Below, in pieces: positions 51,497 to 61,200 of a DNA stretch of 64,000 bases. The first letter of the stretch is position 1, and the number at the start of each line of letters is the position of its first letter. The notes beneath the pieces were generated by a model. It made no database searches and had not been told where the DNA came from. It saw nothing but the letters and a program-made list of their open reading frames with translations. The DNA comes from Alphaproteobacteria bacterium. Its GTDB lineage: Bacteria; Pseudomonadota; Alphaproteobacteria; Micavibrionales; Micavibrionaceae. Where the stretch lies: the NCBI GenBank assembly GCA_021775995.1, contig JAJFGS010000001.1, positions 10,195 to 74,194 on the forward strand, written 5' to 3'. The position numbers were made by a program, and so were the translations under genes.

Positions 51497-53167
51497 TTAT
51501 TGTAAGCGATTAAAGGCAGATAAAAGGGCTTTAATAGAGGCGCGGGTAATGTTGGAATGGACGCCAGCACCATAAAATTCTGTGCCGTCTTGCGCAATTA
51601 GAGAAATATAAGCGGCTGCTTCGGCACCACTACCTGTTGATAGTGTATGTTCTTCATAGTTACTGAGTTTAAAGTCTGTGTCTGTTATTTGGCGCAAGCC
51701 TTCAGCAAAGGCGTTAATAGGACCATTGCCTTCTGATGTGAATTCAATTTTTTTACCAGATTGATCAATTAATTTAGCAACGCATTTCACTTTATCATCG
51801 GTTCCCATTAAATTCTCATAATTAAAAGATTCTAATTTGTAACCAATATCTTGATCTAAATATTCTTTAGAGAAAACATCCCAAATTTGGTTGGCCAAGA
51901 TTTCTTTGGCAGTTTTATCTGCTAATCTCTGGATAGAACGTGCAAATTCAATCTGCATAGCTTTAGGTAATTTAAAGCCGAATTCTTGCTCTAATATGTA
52001 GGCAATGCCGCTTTTTCCAGACTGGCTGTTGATACGGATTGCGGTTTCATATGTTCGTCCAATATCATTGGGATCAAGTGGTAGATAAGGAATATCCCAG
52101 TGATTGCGTTTTTCTTTTTTATAGGCGTCCAATCCTTTTTTAATGGCATCTTGGTGAGAGCCAGAAAGGGCGGTGAAAACCAATTCACCGGCATAAGGGT
52201 GACGCACATGGGTTGGAATTTGATTGCATTCCTCAATAGTTTTTATGATGCCTGGTAAATCAGAAAAATCTAGTTCTGGGTCAACGCCCTGAGTAAATAA
52301 GTTTAAAGCAAGCGTTACAAGATCTGCATTGCCTGTGCGCTCACCATTGCCTAGTAATGTTCCTTCTACACGTTGTGCGCCTGCCATGATGGCTAATTCT
52401 GTGCTAGCAATGGCACCACCGCGGTCATTATGTGTATGCACACTTAAGGTAACAGAATCTCTACGTACCAAATTACGGCTCATCCATTCAATTTGGTCGG
52501 CATAAATATTTGGTGTCGACATTTCAACTGTTGAAGGGAGGTTAATAATCATTTTGTTGTCTGGTGTTGGTTGCCATGTTTCGATGACGGCATTACAAAT
52601 ATCGGCGGCGACTTCTAATTCTGTACCAGTAAAGCTTTCAGGAGAATATTCTAAAACCCATTCAGTTTCTGGATTCTCTTCAGCGAGTTTTTTTATTAAT
52701 GCCACACCCTCACAGGCAAGTTTAGAGATACCATCAGGATCCATTTGAAAGACATCACGACGTTGAGCCACAGATGTTGAATTATATAAATGAACGATGG
52801 CACGTTTTGCACCTTTCATAGATTCAAAAGTTTTTTCAATCAAATGCGCGCGTGATTGTACTAAGGCTTGCGGGGTTACATCATCGGGGATTAGGTCGTT
52901 TTCAATGATATGGCGGGCAAAATCAAATTCAATCTGAGAAGCTGATGGGAAGCCAATTTCAATCTCTTTGAAACCCATAGAGAGCAGAAGGTTGTACATC
53001 TTCATTTTACGCTCATGATTCATAGGGTTAATCAGAGCTTGGTTGCCATCACGTAAATCAACAGCGCACCAAATGGGTGCTTTATTTATGTTAACATCTG
53101 GCCATTTGCGGTCTTGGATAGAAACAGGGGTATAGGGCGTATACTTTGAATGGCTGCCTGTTGTCAT
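51497..53167 (-). CDS. leuA: 2-isopropylmalate synthase (long form)
   Basis: It carries WCAVDLRDGNQAL, HTHNDRGGA and a C-terminal LeuA dimerisation/regulatory region. Confidence 0.9.
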   Translation of the reverse strand: MTTGSHSKYTPYTPVSIQDRKWPDVNINKAPIWCAVDLRDGNQALINPMNHERKMKMYNLLLSMGFKEIEIGFPSASQIEFDFARHIIENDLIPDDVTPQALVQSRAHLIEKTFESMKGAKRAIVHLYNSTSVAQRRDVFQMDPDGISKLACEGVALIKKLAEENPETEWVLEYSPESFTGTELEVAADICNAVIETWQPTPDNKMIINLPSTVEMSTPNIYADQIEWMSRNLVRRDSVTLSVHTHNDRGGAIASTELAIMAGAQRVEGTLLGNGERTGNADLVTLALNLFTQGVDPELDFSDLPGIIKTIEECNQIPTHVRHPYAGELVFTALSGSHQDAIKKGLDAYKKEKRNHWDIPYLPLDPNDIGRTYETAIRINSQSGKSGIAYILEQEFGFKLPKAMQIEFARSIQRLADKTAKEILANQIWDVFSKEYLDQDIGYKLESFNYENLMGTDDKVKCVAKLIDQSGKKIEFTSEGNGPINAFAEGLRQITDTDFKLSNYEEHTLSTGSGAEAAAYISLIAQDGTEFYGAGVHSNITRASIKALLSAFNRLQ

Positions 53168-53342
53168 TTGAGCACCTGAGCACCTTTATATTGAATTTTT
53201 GGCTACTTTGTTGTTTATAGACCTTACTAATAATACATATATTACAGGCTTTCAATATCAAGTATGAGGTCTATGAAAAGAACTCGAGTGGCTAAATGAA
53301 GCAGTGACATGCTTATGAACAAATTATTTATTAAAAACTGAG

Positions 53343-54326
53343 ATGAGAAAACCTATTGCCATTACAATGGGTGAACCAGCAGGAGTCGGCAGTGAGCTGA
53401 CTTTAAAAGCATGGGCTTTGCGTCAGGAAAAATCATTACCACCCTTTTTTGCCATTGATAACATTGCTCGCCTTCAAGCTTTGAGCCCTGATATTCCCAT
53501 AAAGGAAATCCAAGACCCTACGCAAGCTTTAGATGTGTTTGATACGGCACTCCCTGTTTTAAATATTGAGCTGGCGGTGCCTTCAATAGTTGGTACGTTG
53601 AATCCATTAAATGGACAGGCTGTTTTGACCAGTATTAAGAAGGCTGTTGAGTTTTGTATGGCGGGACAGGCTGCTGGTGTTGTGACCAATCCTATTCATA
53701 AGGCTGCACTCTATGATATTGGCTTTCAACATCCAGGGCATACAGAATTTGTGGCGGCACTCTGTGGTAAGGATGAAACGCCTGTTATGATGCTTGTGGC
53801 AAAGGATTTACGTGTTGTTCCGCTAACTGTTCATATTCCTCTAAAAGATGTACCAGCCGCCGTTACAGAAGAATTAATTTTGGAGAAGGCTCGTATCGTT
53901 AATGAATCCCTCAAGGGCGATTTTAAACTCGATACGCCGCGTATCGCTATAGCTGGGTTAAACCCACACGCAGGCGAAAATGGTAAAATTGGCTTGGAAG
54001 ATCAACAGGTTATTACGCCTGCCATTGAAAAATTAAAGGCTGAGGGTGTTCATGTGACGGGGCCTCACCCTGCAGATACATTATTCCATGAAGAGGCACG
54101 TGCTCAATATGATATTGCGTTGGGTATGTATCATGATCAAGCCCTTATCCCTTTGAAAACATTAGATTTTTATGGTGGGGTGAATGTGACGTTGGGTTTG
54201 TCTGTTGTGCGTACTTCGCCTGACCACGGGACAGCACTGGATATAGCGGGGCAGGGCATTGCCAATCCGAATAGCTTCATTAATGCTATTCTAATGGCGT
54301 CAGAAATTGACAGAAATCGTGTTTAA
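53343..54326 (+). CDS. pdxA: 4-hydroxythreonine-4-phosphate dehydrogenase
   Basis: It carries ITMGEPAGVG, GHTEF, LNPHAGENG, MYHDQALIP and TSPDHGTA. Confidence 0.88.
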   Translation: MRKPIAITMGEPAGVGSELTLKAWALRQEKSLPPFFAIDNIARLQALSPDIPIKEIQDPTQALDVFDTALPVLNIELAVPSIVGTLNPLNGQAVLTSIKKAVEFCMAGQAAGVVTNPIHKAALYDIGFQHPGHTEFVAALCGKDETPVMMLVAKDLRVVPLTVHIPLKDVPAAVTEELILEKARIVNESLKGDFKLDTPRIAIAGLNPHAGENGKIGLEDQQVITPAIEKLKAEGVHVTGPHPADTLFHEEARAQYDIALGMYHDQALIPLKTLDFYGGVNVTLGLSVVRTSPDHGTALDIAGQGIANPNSFINAILMASEIDRNRV

Positions 54327-54460
54327 ATTATTTTAAAAAACTTCTGGATTTTATTGCCGTCTTGGAGTATCACTTCCCTATTCCCTAAACTTTAGGTTTC
54401 TAACAGCGGTCACAAGACCTTACGAACCTATGGTCAAAAAGGGAAGAACAAGGATAAAAG

Positions 54461-54485
54461 CGTCCTCGCGTTTATGCGTATGACG
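54461..54485 (+). promoter_or_regulatory. leader hairpin motif, copy A (upstream of secE)
   Basis: The sequence is CGTC-CT-CGCGT-TT-ATGCG-TAT-GACG. It has a 4-bp outer stem, an asymmetric CT/TAT internal loop and a 5-bp inner stem. It ends 21 nt before the secE ATG. Confidence 0.5.
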
Positions 54486-54506
54486 GCACTTAAAAGGAAT
54501 AAAAAA

Positions 54507-54704
54507 ATGGCGAAAACAAGCCCTATTGAATTTGTAAATCAGGTTAAAGCCGAAGTTAAAAAAGTGACTTGGCCTTCGCGTAAAGAAACGACGGTTAGCA
54601 CAATCGCTGTCTTCATAATGGTAGCGTTGGCTTCAACATTTTTGTTTTTTGCAGATCAGCTTTTGGCTCTGGTTGTTAATTTTATTTTGGATTTTGGGCA
54701 GTAA
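54507..54704 (+). CDS. secE: preprotein translocase subunit SecE
   Basis: It starts MAKTSPIEFVNQVKAEVKKVTWPSRKET and has a single TM helix. The start at 54507 has AAGGA upstream. The ORF-track start at 54474 lies inside hairpin copy A. Confidence 0.85.
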   Translation: MAKTSPIEFVNQVKAEVKKVTWPSRKETTVSTIAVFIMVALASTFLFFADQLLALVVNFILDFGQ

Positions 54705-54716
54705 TAATTAATTTAG

Positions 54717-54741
54717 CCTCCTCCCGCTTGCGGGCATGAGG
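54717..54741 (+). promoter_or_regulatory. leader hairpin motif, copy B (upstream of nusG)
   Basis: The sequence is CCTC-CT-CCCGC-TT-GCGGG-CAT-GAGG. It ends 29 nt before the nusG ATG. Confidence 0.5.
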
Positions 54742-54770
54742 GTTTTTAAAAAAGAAAAGGATTTAAGACA

Positions 54771-55301
54771 ATGGCAATGCGTTGGTACGTACTACACGTT
54801 TATTCAGGCTTTGAAAATAAAGTTGCGGAAGCGATTAATGATAAGGCTCGTAAGCTTAAATTGGTGGATCGTGTTGGTGAAATTATGGTGCCGACTGAGG
54901 AAGTCGTTGAGGTTAAGCGTGGACAACGTGTTCAGGCTGAGCGTAAATTTTTCCCTGGCTATGTGCTGGCAAAATTAGATATGAGCGATCAGGTTTGGCA
55001 TATGGTTAAGGATACGCCAAAGGTGACTGGATTTTTGGGGGCAAGTAATAAGCCTTCACCAATCACGCAAAAAGAAGCCGAGGCGCTGATTAAACAAATT
55101 CAAGAAGGGGTTGATAGCCCACGGCCATCTATTATCTTTGATATTGGTGAAGAGGTTAAGGTTGTTGATGGTCCATTTGCGTCATTCAACGGTATGGTTG
55201 AAGAAGTCGATGAAGAAAAAGGTAAGTTGAAAGTGTCTGTTTCTATCTTTGGCCGTGCAACGCCTGTTGAGCTGGAATACAGCCAAGTTGAAAAGCTTTA
55301 A
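54771..55301 (+). CDS. nusG: transcription termination/antitermination factor NusG
   Basis: It carries WYVLHVYSGFENKV and the KOW segment GEEVKVVDGPFASFNGMVEEVD. Confidence 0.92.
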   Translation: MAMRWYVLHVYSGFENKVAEAINDKARKLKLVDRVGEIMVPTEEVVEVKRGQRVQAERKFFPGYVLAKLDMSDQVWHMVKDTPKVTGFLGASNKPSPITQKEAEALIKQIQEGVDSPRPSIIFDIGEEVKVVDGPFASFNGMVEEVDEEKGKLKVSVSIFGRATPVELEYSQVEKL

Positions 55302-55327
55302 TTAAAGAATTAACAAATTAAGATTTG

Positions 55328-55361
55328 AAACGCCTCTTAAAGACTTTAGGGGGCGTTTTTT
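55328..55361 (+). terminator. intrinsic terminator after nusG
   Basis: The stem is AAACGCCTC/GGGGGCGTTT, running into a 6-T run. Confidence 0.55.
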
Positions 55362-55490
55362 CCTTGCATAATCATCCAAAACCTCTATAAATCGCCTCAT
55401 TAATGACTGTAGGAAGCATTTCTTCGACTTCAAGACCATTGAAGGAAGCTGTACTACGGACACTCTTTAAATTTAAAAAAGGAGCTAGAA

Positions 55491-55928
55491 ATGGCAAAAG
55501 ACGATAAACCAGTTGGTTTTATTAATTTGATCATTCCTGCGGGAATGGCAACACCGGCCCCACCTATTGGTCCAGCTTTGGGTCAACATGGGGTAAATAT
55601 CAAAGCATTTACGGATGAATATAATGCGAAAACATCTGACATGGAAAAAGGTATTCCTATTCCTGTTGTGATTTCGGTTTATAAAGATAAATCATTCAGT
55701 TTTATTACGAAACAGCCACCGAACAGCTATTTCATCAAAAAAGCGACGAAGCTTAAATCTGGTGCGAATAGCCCAGGTCATGAAGTGGCGGGACAAATTC
55801 GTCTATCGCAAGTTAAGAAAATTGCGGAAGATAAAATGGTTGATTTAAATGCGGTCAATATAGAAGGCGCGATGAAAATTATCGAAGGTTCCGCTCGCTC
55901 TATGGGCATCGAAGTGGTGGAAGGATAA
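55491..55928 (+). CDS. rplK: 50S ribosomal protein L11
   Basis: It carries [25 protein letters not shown]. Confidence 0.93.
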   Translation: MAKDDKPVGFINLIIPAGMATPAPPIGPALGQHGVNIKAFTDEYNAKTSDMEKGIPIPVVISVYKDKSFSFITKQPPNSYFIKKATKLKSGANSPGHEVAGQIRLSQVKKIAEDKMVDLNAVNIEGAMKIIEGSARSMGIEVVEG

Positions 55929-55932
55929 GATC

Positions 55933-56643
55933 ATGGCTAAAAATACTAAAAAAATGAAAGCTGCGAACGAAAAATTTGATCGTGAAACACTTTATTCTGT
56001 AATGGATGCTGTGAAGATGATTAAAGAATGTGCTTCGAAGCGTAAATTCGATGAAACTATTGATGTTGCTATGAATTTGGGAATTGACCCAAAACATGCT
56101 GATCAACAGGTTCGTGGTATGGTTTCCCTTCCTAGTGGAACGGGTGCAACGGTTCGTGTTGCTGTGTTCGCACGTGATGCTAAAGCTGATGAAGCGAAAG
56201 CAGCTGGTGCAGATATTGTTGGTGCAGAAGATTTGGCCGATAAAATTAAAGCCGGTGAGATGAACTTTGATCGTTGTATTGCAACACCTGACATGATGCC
56301 GCTTGTTGGTCAATTAGGTCAGGTTTTGGGTCCAAAGGGTCTGATGCCAAATCCAAAATTGGGTACAGTGACACCAGATGTAAAAAAAGCTGTTGAAGCT
56401 GCTAAAGGGGGTGCTCTTGAATATCGTGCGGAGAAAAGCGGGATTATTCATGCGGGTATTGGTAAAGCAAGCTTTAGCGAAAAGGAAATTATTGAGAACG
56501 TGAATGCGTTTATTGAGACTATTCAAAAAGCACGTCCAGCTGGTGCCAAAGGAGCGTTTATTAAGCGTGTAACGCTGTCCTCAACAATGGGTCCTGGGAT
56601 CAAGATTGATTTGGAAGCGTCTGCACAAGCCAAAGCAGCTTAA
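55933..56643 (+). CDS. rplA: 50S ribosomal protein L1
   Basis: It carries [24 protein letters not shown] and [15 protein letters not shown]. Confidence 0.93.
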   Translation: MAKNTKKMKAANEKFDRETLYSVMDAVKMIKECASKRKFDETIDVAMNLGIDPKHADQQVRGMVSLPSGTGATVRVAVFARDAKADEAKAAGADIVGAEDLADKIKAGEMNFDRCIATPDMMPLVGQLGQVLGPKGLMPNPKLGTVTPDVKKAVEAAKGGALEYRAEKSGIIHAGIGKASFSEKEIIENVNAFIETIQKARPAGAKGAFIKRVTLSSTMGPGIKIDLEASAQAKAA

Positions 56644-56666
56644 GCTTAGTTTTTAAAGAAATTCGT

Positions 56667-56702
56667 AAAATAGGCGTTCTTGACAGAATGCCTATTTTTT
56701 TA
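56667..56702 (+). terminator. intrinsic terminator after rplA
   Basis: An 11-bp stem (ATAGGCGTTCT / AGAATGCCTAT) with tetraloop TGAC, followed by 7 T. Confidence 0.6.
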
Positions 56703-56713
56703 TTAAAAAACCC

Positions 56714-56741
56714 TTGACGTAGGGGCTAAAACCCTTATAAC
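56714..56741 (+). promoter_or_regulatory. candidate sigma-70-type promoter for rplJL-rpoBC
   Basis: TTGACG at 56714-56719, a 16-nt spacer, then TATAAC at 56736-56741. Confidence 0.35.
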
Positions 56742-56868
56742 AGCGTCATTACCTATCCAAGACCGCAGGTGCGAAAGCTTAATGACCCTGTGATAGATGG
56801 GGTTTATAAGAAAACAGCAGGATTTTAGGGCTGTTTCGTTATTAACCTAATTTATTTGTATTGGATGG

Positions 56869-56895
56869 GCGGTTTTATTTAAAAACCGCTTTTTT
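56869..56895 (+). terminator. intrinsic-terminator-like hairpin inside the rplJ leader (candidate attenuator)
   Basis: An 8-bp stem (GCGGTTTT / AAAACCGC) with a 5-nt loop, followed by 6 T. It lies about 50 nt upstream of the rplJ ATG and downstream of the candidate promoter. Confidence 0.5.
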
Positions 56896-56897
56896 AT

Positions 56898-56922
56898 TGC
56901 CCTCCCGTTTACGGGTATGGCG
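56898..56922 (+). promoter_or_regulatory. leader hairpin motif, copy C (upstream of rplJ)
   Basis: The sequence is TGCC-CT-CCCGT-TT-ACGGG-TAT-GGCG. It ends 21 nt before the rplJ ATG. Confidence 0.5.
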
Positions 56923-56943
56923 TATTTATTTGGAGGACTACCC

Positions 56944-57459
56944 ATGGGAATGACCCGTGCACGCAAACAAGAAGAAATTGAAGACCTAAAAGGCCGTATG
57001 GAGAATAGCGAGATTATCGTTTTGACTCAAAATACTGGTTTGGACGCAAAAAGCATTACTGATTTACGTTTAGAAATGCGTAAAAATGAAGTTGGCTTTA
57101 AAGTTGTTAAGAATACATTGGCTAAAATTGCTGCTAAAGGGACGAATGGTGAGAAAATCATCGATATGTTCGCTGGTCCTGTTGGGATGGCAACATCTCA
57201 AGATCCAGTAGCGGCGGCGAAAGTGGCTCATAATTTTGCCAAAGGGAATGACAAGCTTGTTATTCTTGGTGGTATTTATGGTGATATGATTTTGGATGTG
57301 GCTGGCGTTAAGCAATTAGCAAGCCTTCCTTCATTGGACGAGCTTCGTTCCAAAATTATTGGTCTTATTCAAGCGCCAGCACAAAAAATTGCGCAGATTA
57401 CTCAAATACCTGCGCAACAATTGGTTGGTGTTACAAAGGCTTATGCCGAAAAGGGTTAA
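56944..57459 (+). CDS. rplJ: 50S ribosomal protein L10
   Basis: It starts MGMTRARKQEEIEDLKGRM with GGAGGA 6-7 nt upstream. The ORF-track start at 56917 is the ATG embedded in hairpin copy C. Confidence 0.9.
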   Translation: MGMTRARKQEEIEDLKGRMENSEIIVLTQNTGLDAKSITDLRLEMRKNEVGFKVVKNTLAKIAAKGTNGEKIIDMFAGPVGMATSQDPVAAAKVAHNFAKGNDKLVILGGIYGDMILDVAGVKQLASLPSLDELRSKIIGLIQAPAQKIAQITQIPAQQLVGVTKAYAEKG

Positions 57460-57510
57460 GTATAGAAGTTTTTATTATTAATTAAGTACATTTTAAGAGG
57501 AGAAAAGAAA

Positions 57511-57888
57511 ATGGCTGCAAATATCGAAAAAATCGTTGATGACTTATCAGCACTAACTGTTATGGAAGCTGCTGAGCTTTCAAAAGCACTAGAAGAAAAA
57601 TGGGGCGTAACTGCTGCCGCTGCTGCTGCACCTGTTGCTGCTGCCGCTGGTGGTGCTGAAGCTGCTGGTGAAGAGAAAACAGACTTTACTGTTGTTCTTG
57701 CTGCTGCTGGTGGTAACAAAATCGCTGTTATTAAAGAAGTTCGTGCAATTACAGGTCTTGGCTTGAAAGAAGCAAAAGACATGGTTGAAGGCGCACCTAA
57801 AGACCTTAAAGAAGGGGTCAAGAAGGATGAAGCCGAAGAAATGAAGAAGAAGCTTGAAGAAGCGGGTGCGACTGTCGAACTTAAGTAA
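57511..57888 (+). CDS. rplL: 50S ribosomal protein L7/L12
   Basis: It has an Ala-rich hinge and the C-terminal segment [26 protein letters not shown]. Confidence 0.93.
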   Translation: MAANIEKIVDDLSALTVMEAAELSKALEEKWGVTAAAAAAPVAAAAGGAEAAGEEKTDFTVVLAAAGGNKIAVIKEVRAITGLGLKEAKDMVEGAPKDLKEGVKKDEAEEMKKKLEEAGATVELK

Positions 57889-58197
57889 TCTTGTTTAAAC
57901 TTACATAATGCCATGTCCCATGGTGGGGCATGCGCATCGGTTTTGAACAATTTTTTATTTGAGGGTAGACATTGAAATTTATTTCAGCTAATTAACGGTA
58001 CAATTTAAAGGCGGAAGCGGTATAGCTTGTCGCCTTTAAGTGCGTTTTTATACGCAAACGATTATTGATAATATTTTTGGCGTAATCGCCAATATAAAGG
58101 GACAAAGCGTTCAGCAGGAAAGCGATACTGAGATAGGCTTTCAATTTGTTCCTAATATCTGCCTTTTGATAAGGCAGTAAAACTGAACAATTAAAAA

Positions 58198-58222
58198 TCT
58201 CCTCCCGCCTGCGGGTATGAGG
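58198..58222 (+). promoter_or_regulatory. leader hairpin motif, copy D (upstream of rpoB)
   Basis: The sequence is TCTC-CT-CCCGC-CT-GCGGG-TAT-GAGG. It ends 32 nt before the rpoB ATG. Confidence 0.5.
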
Positions 58223-58254
58223 ATTAAATAAGACGATTAAAGGATCTCGGACAC

Positions 58255-61200
58255 ATGGCAAAACAAGCAAATAAATCAGGTAAAATCCTAGCGGCGAACA
58301 AAGATGTTACGCGCGGACATACAGGTGTAGCCAACGACATTAATTCTTATACGGGCCGTAAACGTGTTCGTCGTTCATTTGGGAAAATTCGGGAAGTGGC
58401 ATCTATGCCAAACTTGATCGAAGTGCAGCGCGATTCTTATGAAGCATTCTTACAGGCTGGTATTGCGGCGAGTGAGCGTGCCATGCAAGGTCTTCATAAA
58501 GTTTTGACTGAAGTATTTCCGATCAAAGATTTTTCTGATAAGGCCGAGATTGATTACGTGTCTTATGAACTTGAACAGCCTAAATATGATGTTGAAGAAT
58601 GTCAGCAACGCGGCATGACTTTTTCTGCACCGCTTCGTGTAACTCTTCGTCTATCTGTATTTGATGTTGATGAAGATACAGGTCTTCGTTCTATTCGTGA
58701 TATTAAAGAGCAAGATGTTTACATGGTTGACATGCCATTGATGACAGATAATGGTACATTTGTTGTGAACGGAACTGAGCGTGTTATCGTTTCTCAAATG
58801 CACAGATCTCCTGGTGTGTTCTTTGACCATGATGGTGGTAAAACTCACGTATCAGGTAAATATTTATTCTCAACACGTGTGATTCCTTACCGTGGTTCAT
58901 GGTTAGATTTTGAATTTGACGCTAAAGACTTAATGTTTGTTCGTATTGACCGTCGTCGTAAATTACCGGTGACAACATTCATGCGTGCCTTGAATTCTGA
59001 ATCTACAGAAAAATATTTGGCTGAATGTGAAGCAAAAGATCAGGAGCCTGATCCACTTCGTATTCAAGGTATGTCTAATGAAGAGATTCTTTCAACTTTT
59101 TACGAAACAGTTTCCTATGTGAAGGATTCTAAGGGTTGGAAAACACCATTTATGTCTGAAAGCTATCGTGGTGTAAAACTACCTTATGATCTTATCGATG
59201 CCAAAACAGGTAAAATTGTTGTTGAGGCTGGTGAAAAAATCACACCGCGTAAAGGTAAAAAATTAGTTGAAGATGGTCTGAAAGAAATTTTGGTTCAAGA
59301 TGAACAGCTATTGGGTGCTTATCTGGCGGAAGATATTTTTGATGGTGGGACTGGTCAGGTTTACTTTGAAGCTGGCCATGAAATTACAGAAGAAGATTTA
59401 GGGGAGCTAGATGACTTCTCTATTAAAACACTTCCTATCTTACAAATTGATCACACAAATGTTGGTCCTTATGTTCGTAATACAATGCAGGTTGATAAAT
59501 GTGATACACGTGAAGAAGCGTTGATCGATATTTACCGTGTGATGCGTCCAGGTGAGCCGCCAACAGTTGAATCTGCTGAAAATTTATTTAACTCACTATT
59601 CTTTGATGCAGAGCGTTATGATTTATCAGATGTTGGTCGTAACAAAATGAATACGCGTCTTGATCTTGAAACATCAGACGAAGTTCGTGTTTTAACAAAA
59701 GCCGATATCATTGCGATGTTGGAATATCTTCATGGTCTTAAAGACGGTAGAGGTGAGGTTGATGATATTGATAACCTTGGTAACCGTCGTGTGCGTTCTG
59801 TTGGTGAATTGATGGAAAACCAAATTCGTGTTGGTTTGCTTCGTATGGAACGCGCTATTCGTGAGCGTATGTCTTCTGTAGAGATTGATACTTATATGCC
59901 GCATGATTTGATTAATGCAAAACCTGCGGCTGCGGCTGTGCGTGAGTTTTTTGGCTCATCACAATTGTCACAATTTATGGATCAAACAAATCCTTTGTCT
60001 GAAATTACGCATAAGCGTCGTTTGTCTGCTCTTGGACCGGGTGGTTTGACACGTGAGCGTGCTGGTTTTGAAGTTCGTGACGTGCATCCTACGCATTATG
60101 GTCGTATTTGTCCGATTGAAACACCTGAGGGACCAAATATTGGTCTAATTAACTCATTGGCTACTTTTGCTCGCGTTAATAAATATGGTTTCATCGAAGG
60201 ACCTTACCGTCGTGTTCAAAACGGTAAAGTAACCGACGAAGTTATTTACATGTCTGCCATGGAAGAAGCCAAATACACAGTTGCGCAAGCAAATGCGACG
60301 CTAACTGATAAAGGTGGTTTTGAAAATGACCTTGTTTCCTGTCGTAAGGGCGGCGATAACTTGATGTCACAAGCCGAACAAATTGAATTTATGGATGTGT
60401 CACCAAAACAGATTGTTTCTGTTGCGGCTTCTCTTATCCCGTTTCTTGAAAATGATGATGCGAACCGTGCTTTGATGGGGTCAAACATGATGCGTCAGGC
60501 TGTGCCATTGTTGAAAGCAGATGCTCCGCTTGTTGGTACGGGTATGGAAGCGACTGTTGCTCGTGATTCTGGTGCGGCTGTAACGGCGCGCCGTTCAGGT
60601 ATTGTTGTTCAAATTGATGCAAAACGTATTGTTATTCGTGCAACCGAAGATTTGGATGCGTCTGAAGCTGTGGTTGATATTTATAAGATGCAAAAATTTC
60701 AACGTTCAAACCAATCAACTTGTATTTTGCAAAAACCACTTGTGAAAGTTGGTGATGAAATCAAGGCAGGTGATATTATTGCTGATGGTCCATCAACTGA
60801 ATTTGGTGAATTGGCTTTGGGACGTAACGTGCTTGTCGCCTTTATGCCTTGGAATGGTTACAACTTTGAAGATTCAATCTTACTGTCTGAGCGTATCGTG
60901 AAAGATGATGTTTATACATCTATTCATATTGAAGAATATGAAGTGATGGCACGTGATACGAAGTTGGGTACTGAAGAAATTACACGTGATATTCCAAATG
61001 TTGGTGAAGAAGCTCTGAAACATCTTGATGAGTCAGGTATTGTTCATATCGGTGCCGAAGTTGGCCCTGGTGATATCTTGGTTGGTAAAGTAACACCAAA
61101 AGGGGAGTCGCCCATGACTCCTGAAGAAAAACTTCTTCGTGCTATCTTTGGTGAAAAAGCGGCTGATGTAAAAGATACATCGCTTCGTCTTCCTTCTGGT

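Noticed and set aside
53168-53195. A tandem 8-mer (gagcacct gagcacct) abutting the leuA start
   Set aside because: It is a short duplication that probably just provides the AGGTG Shine-Dalgarno region on the minus strand. Nothing points to a leader peptide or attenuator.
54736-54978. An 80-aa ORF overlapping nusG out of frame
   Set aside because: Its ATG is the one embedded in hairpin copy B, and it overlaps the well-supported nusG frame.
55900-56526. Antisense ORFs inside rplA (55900-56313, 56103-56294, 56314-56526)
   Set aside because: They are contained within a ribosomal protein gene on the other strand and have no independent signals.
57456-57950. A 164-aa Ala/Ser-rich ORF antisense to rplL
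   Set aside because: It is a mirror-frame artefact of the GCT/GCA-rich L7/L12 hinge coding sequence.
57889-58197. An rplL-rpoB attenuator like the one in E. coli
   Set aside because: Several hairpins exist, for example AAAGGCG...CGCCTTT at 58007-58037 and CCATG-tcc-CATGG at 57911-57923. None is followed by a clean T-run, so I could not support a terminator call.
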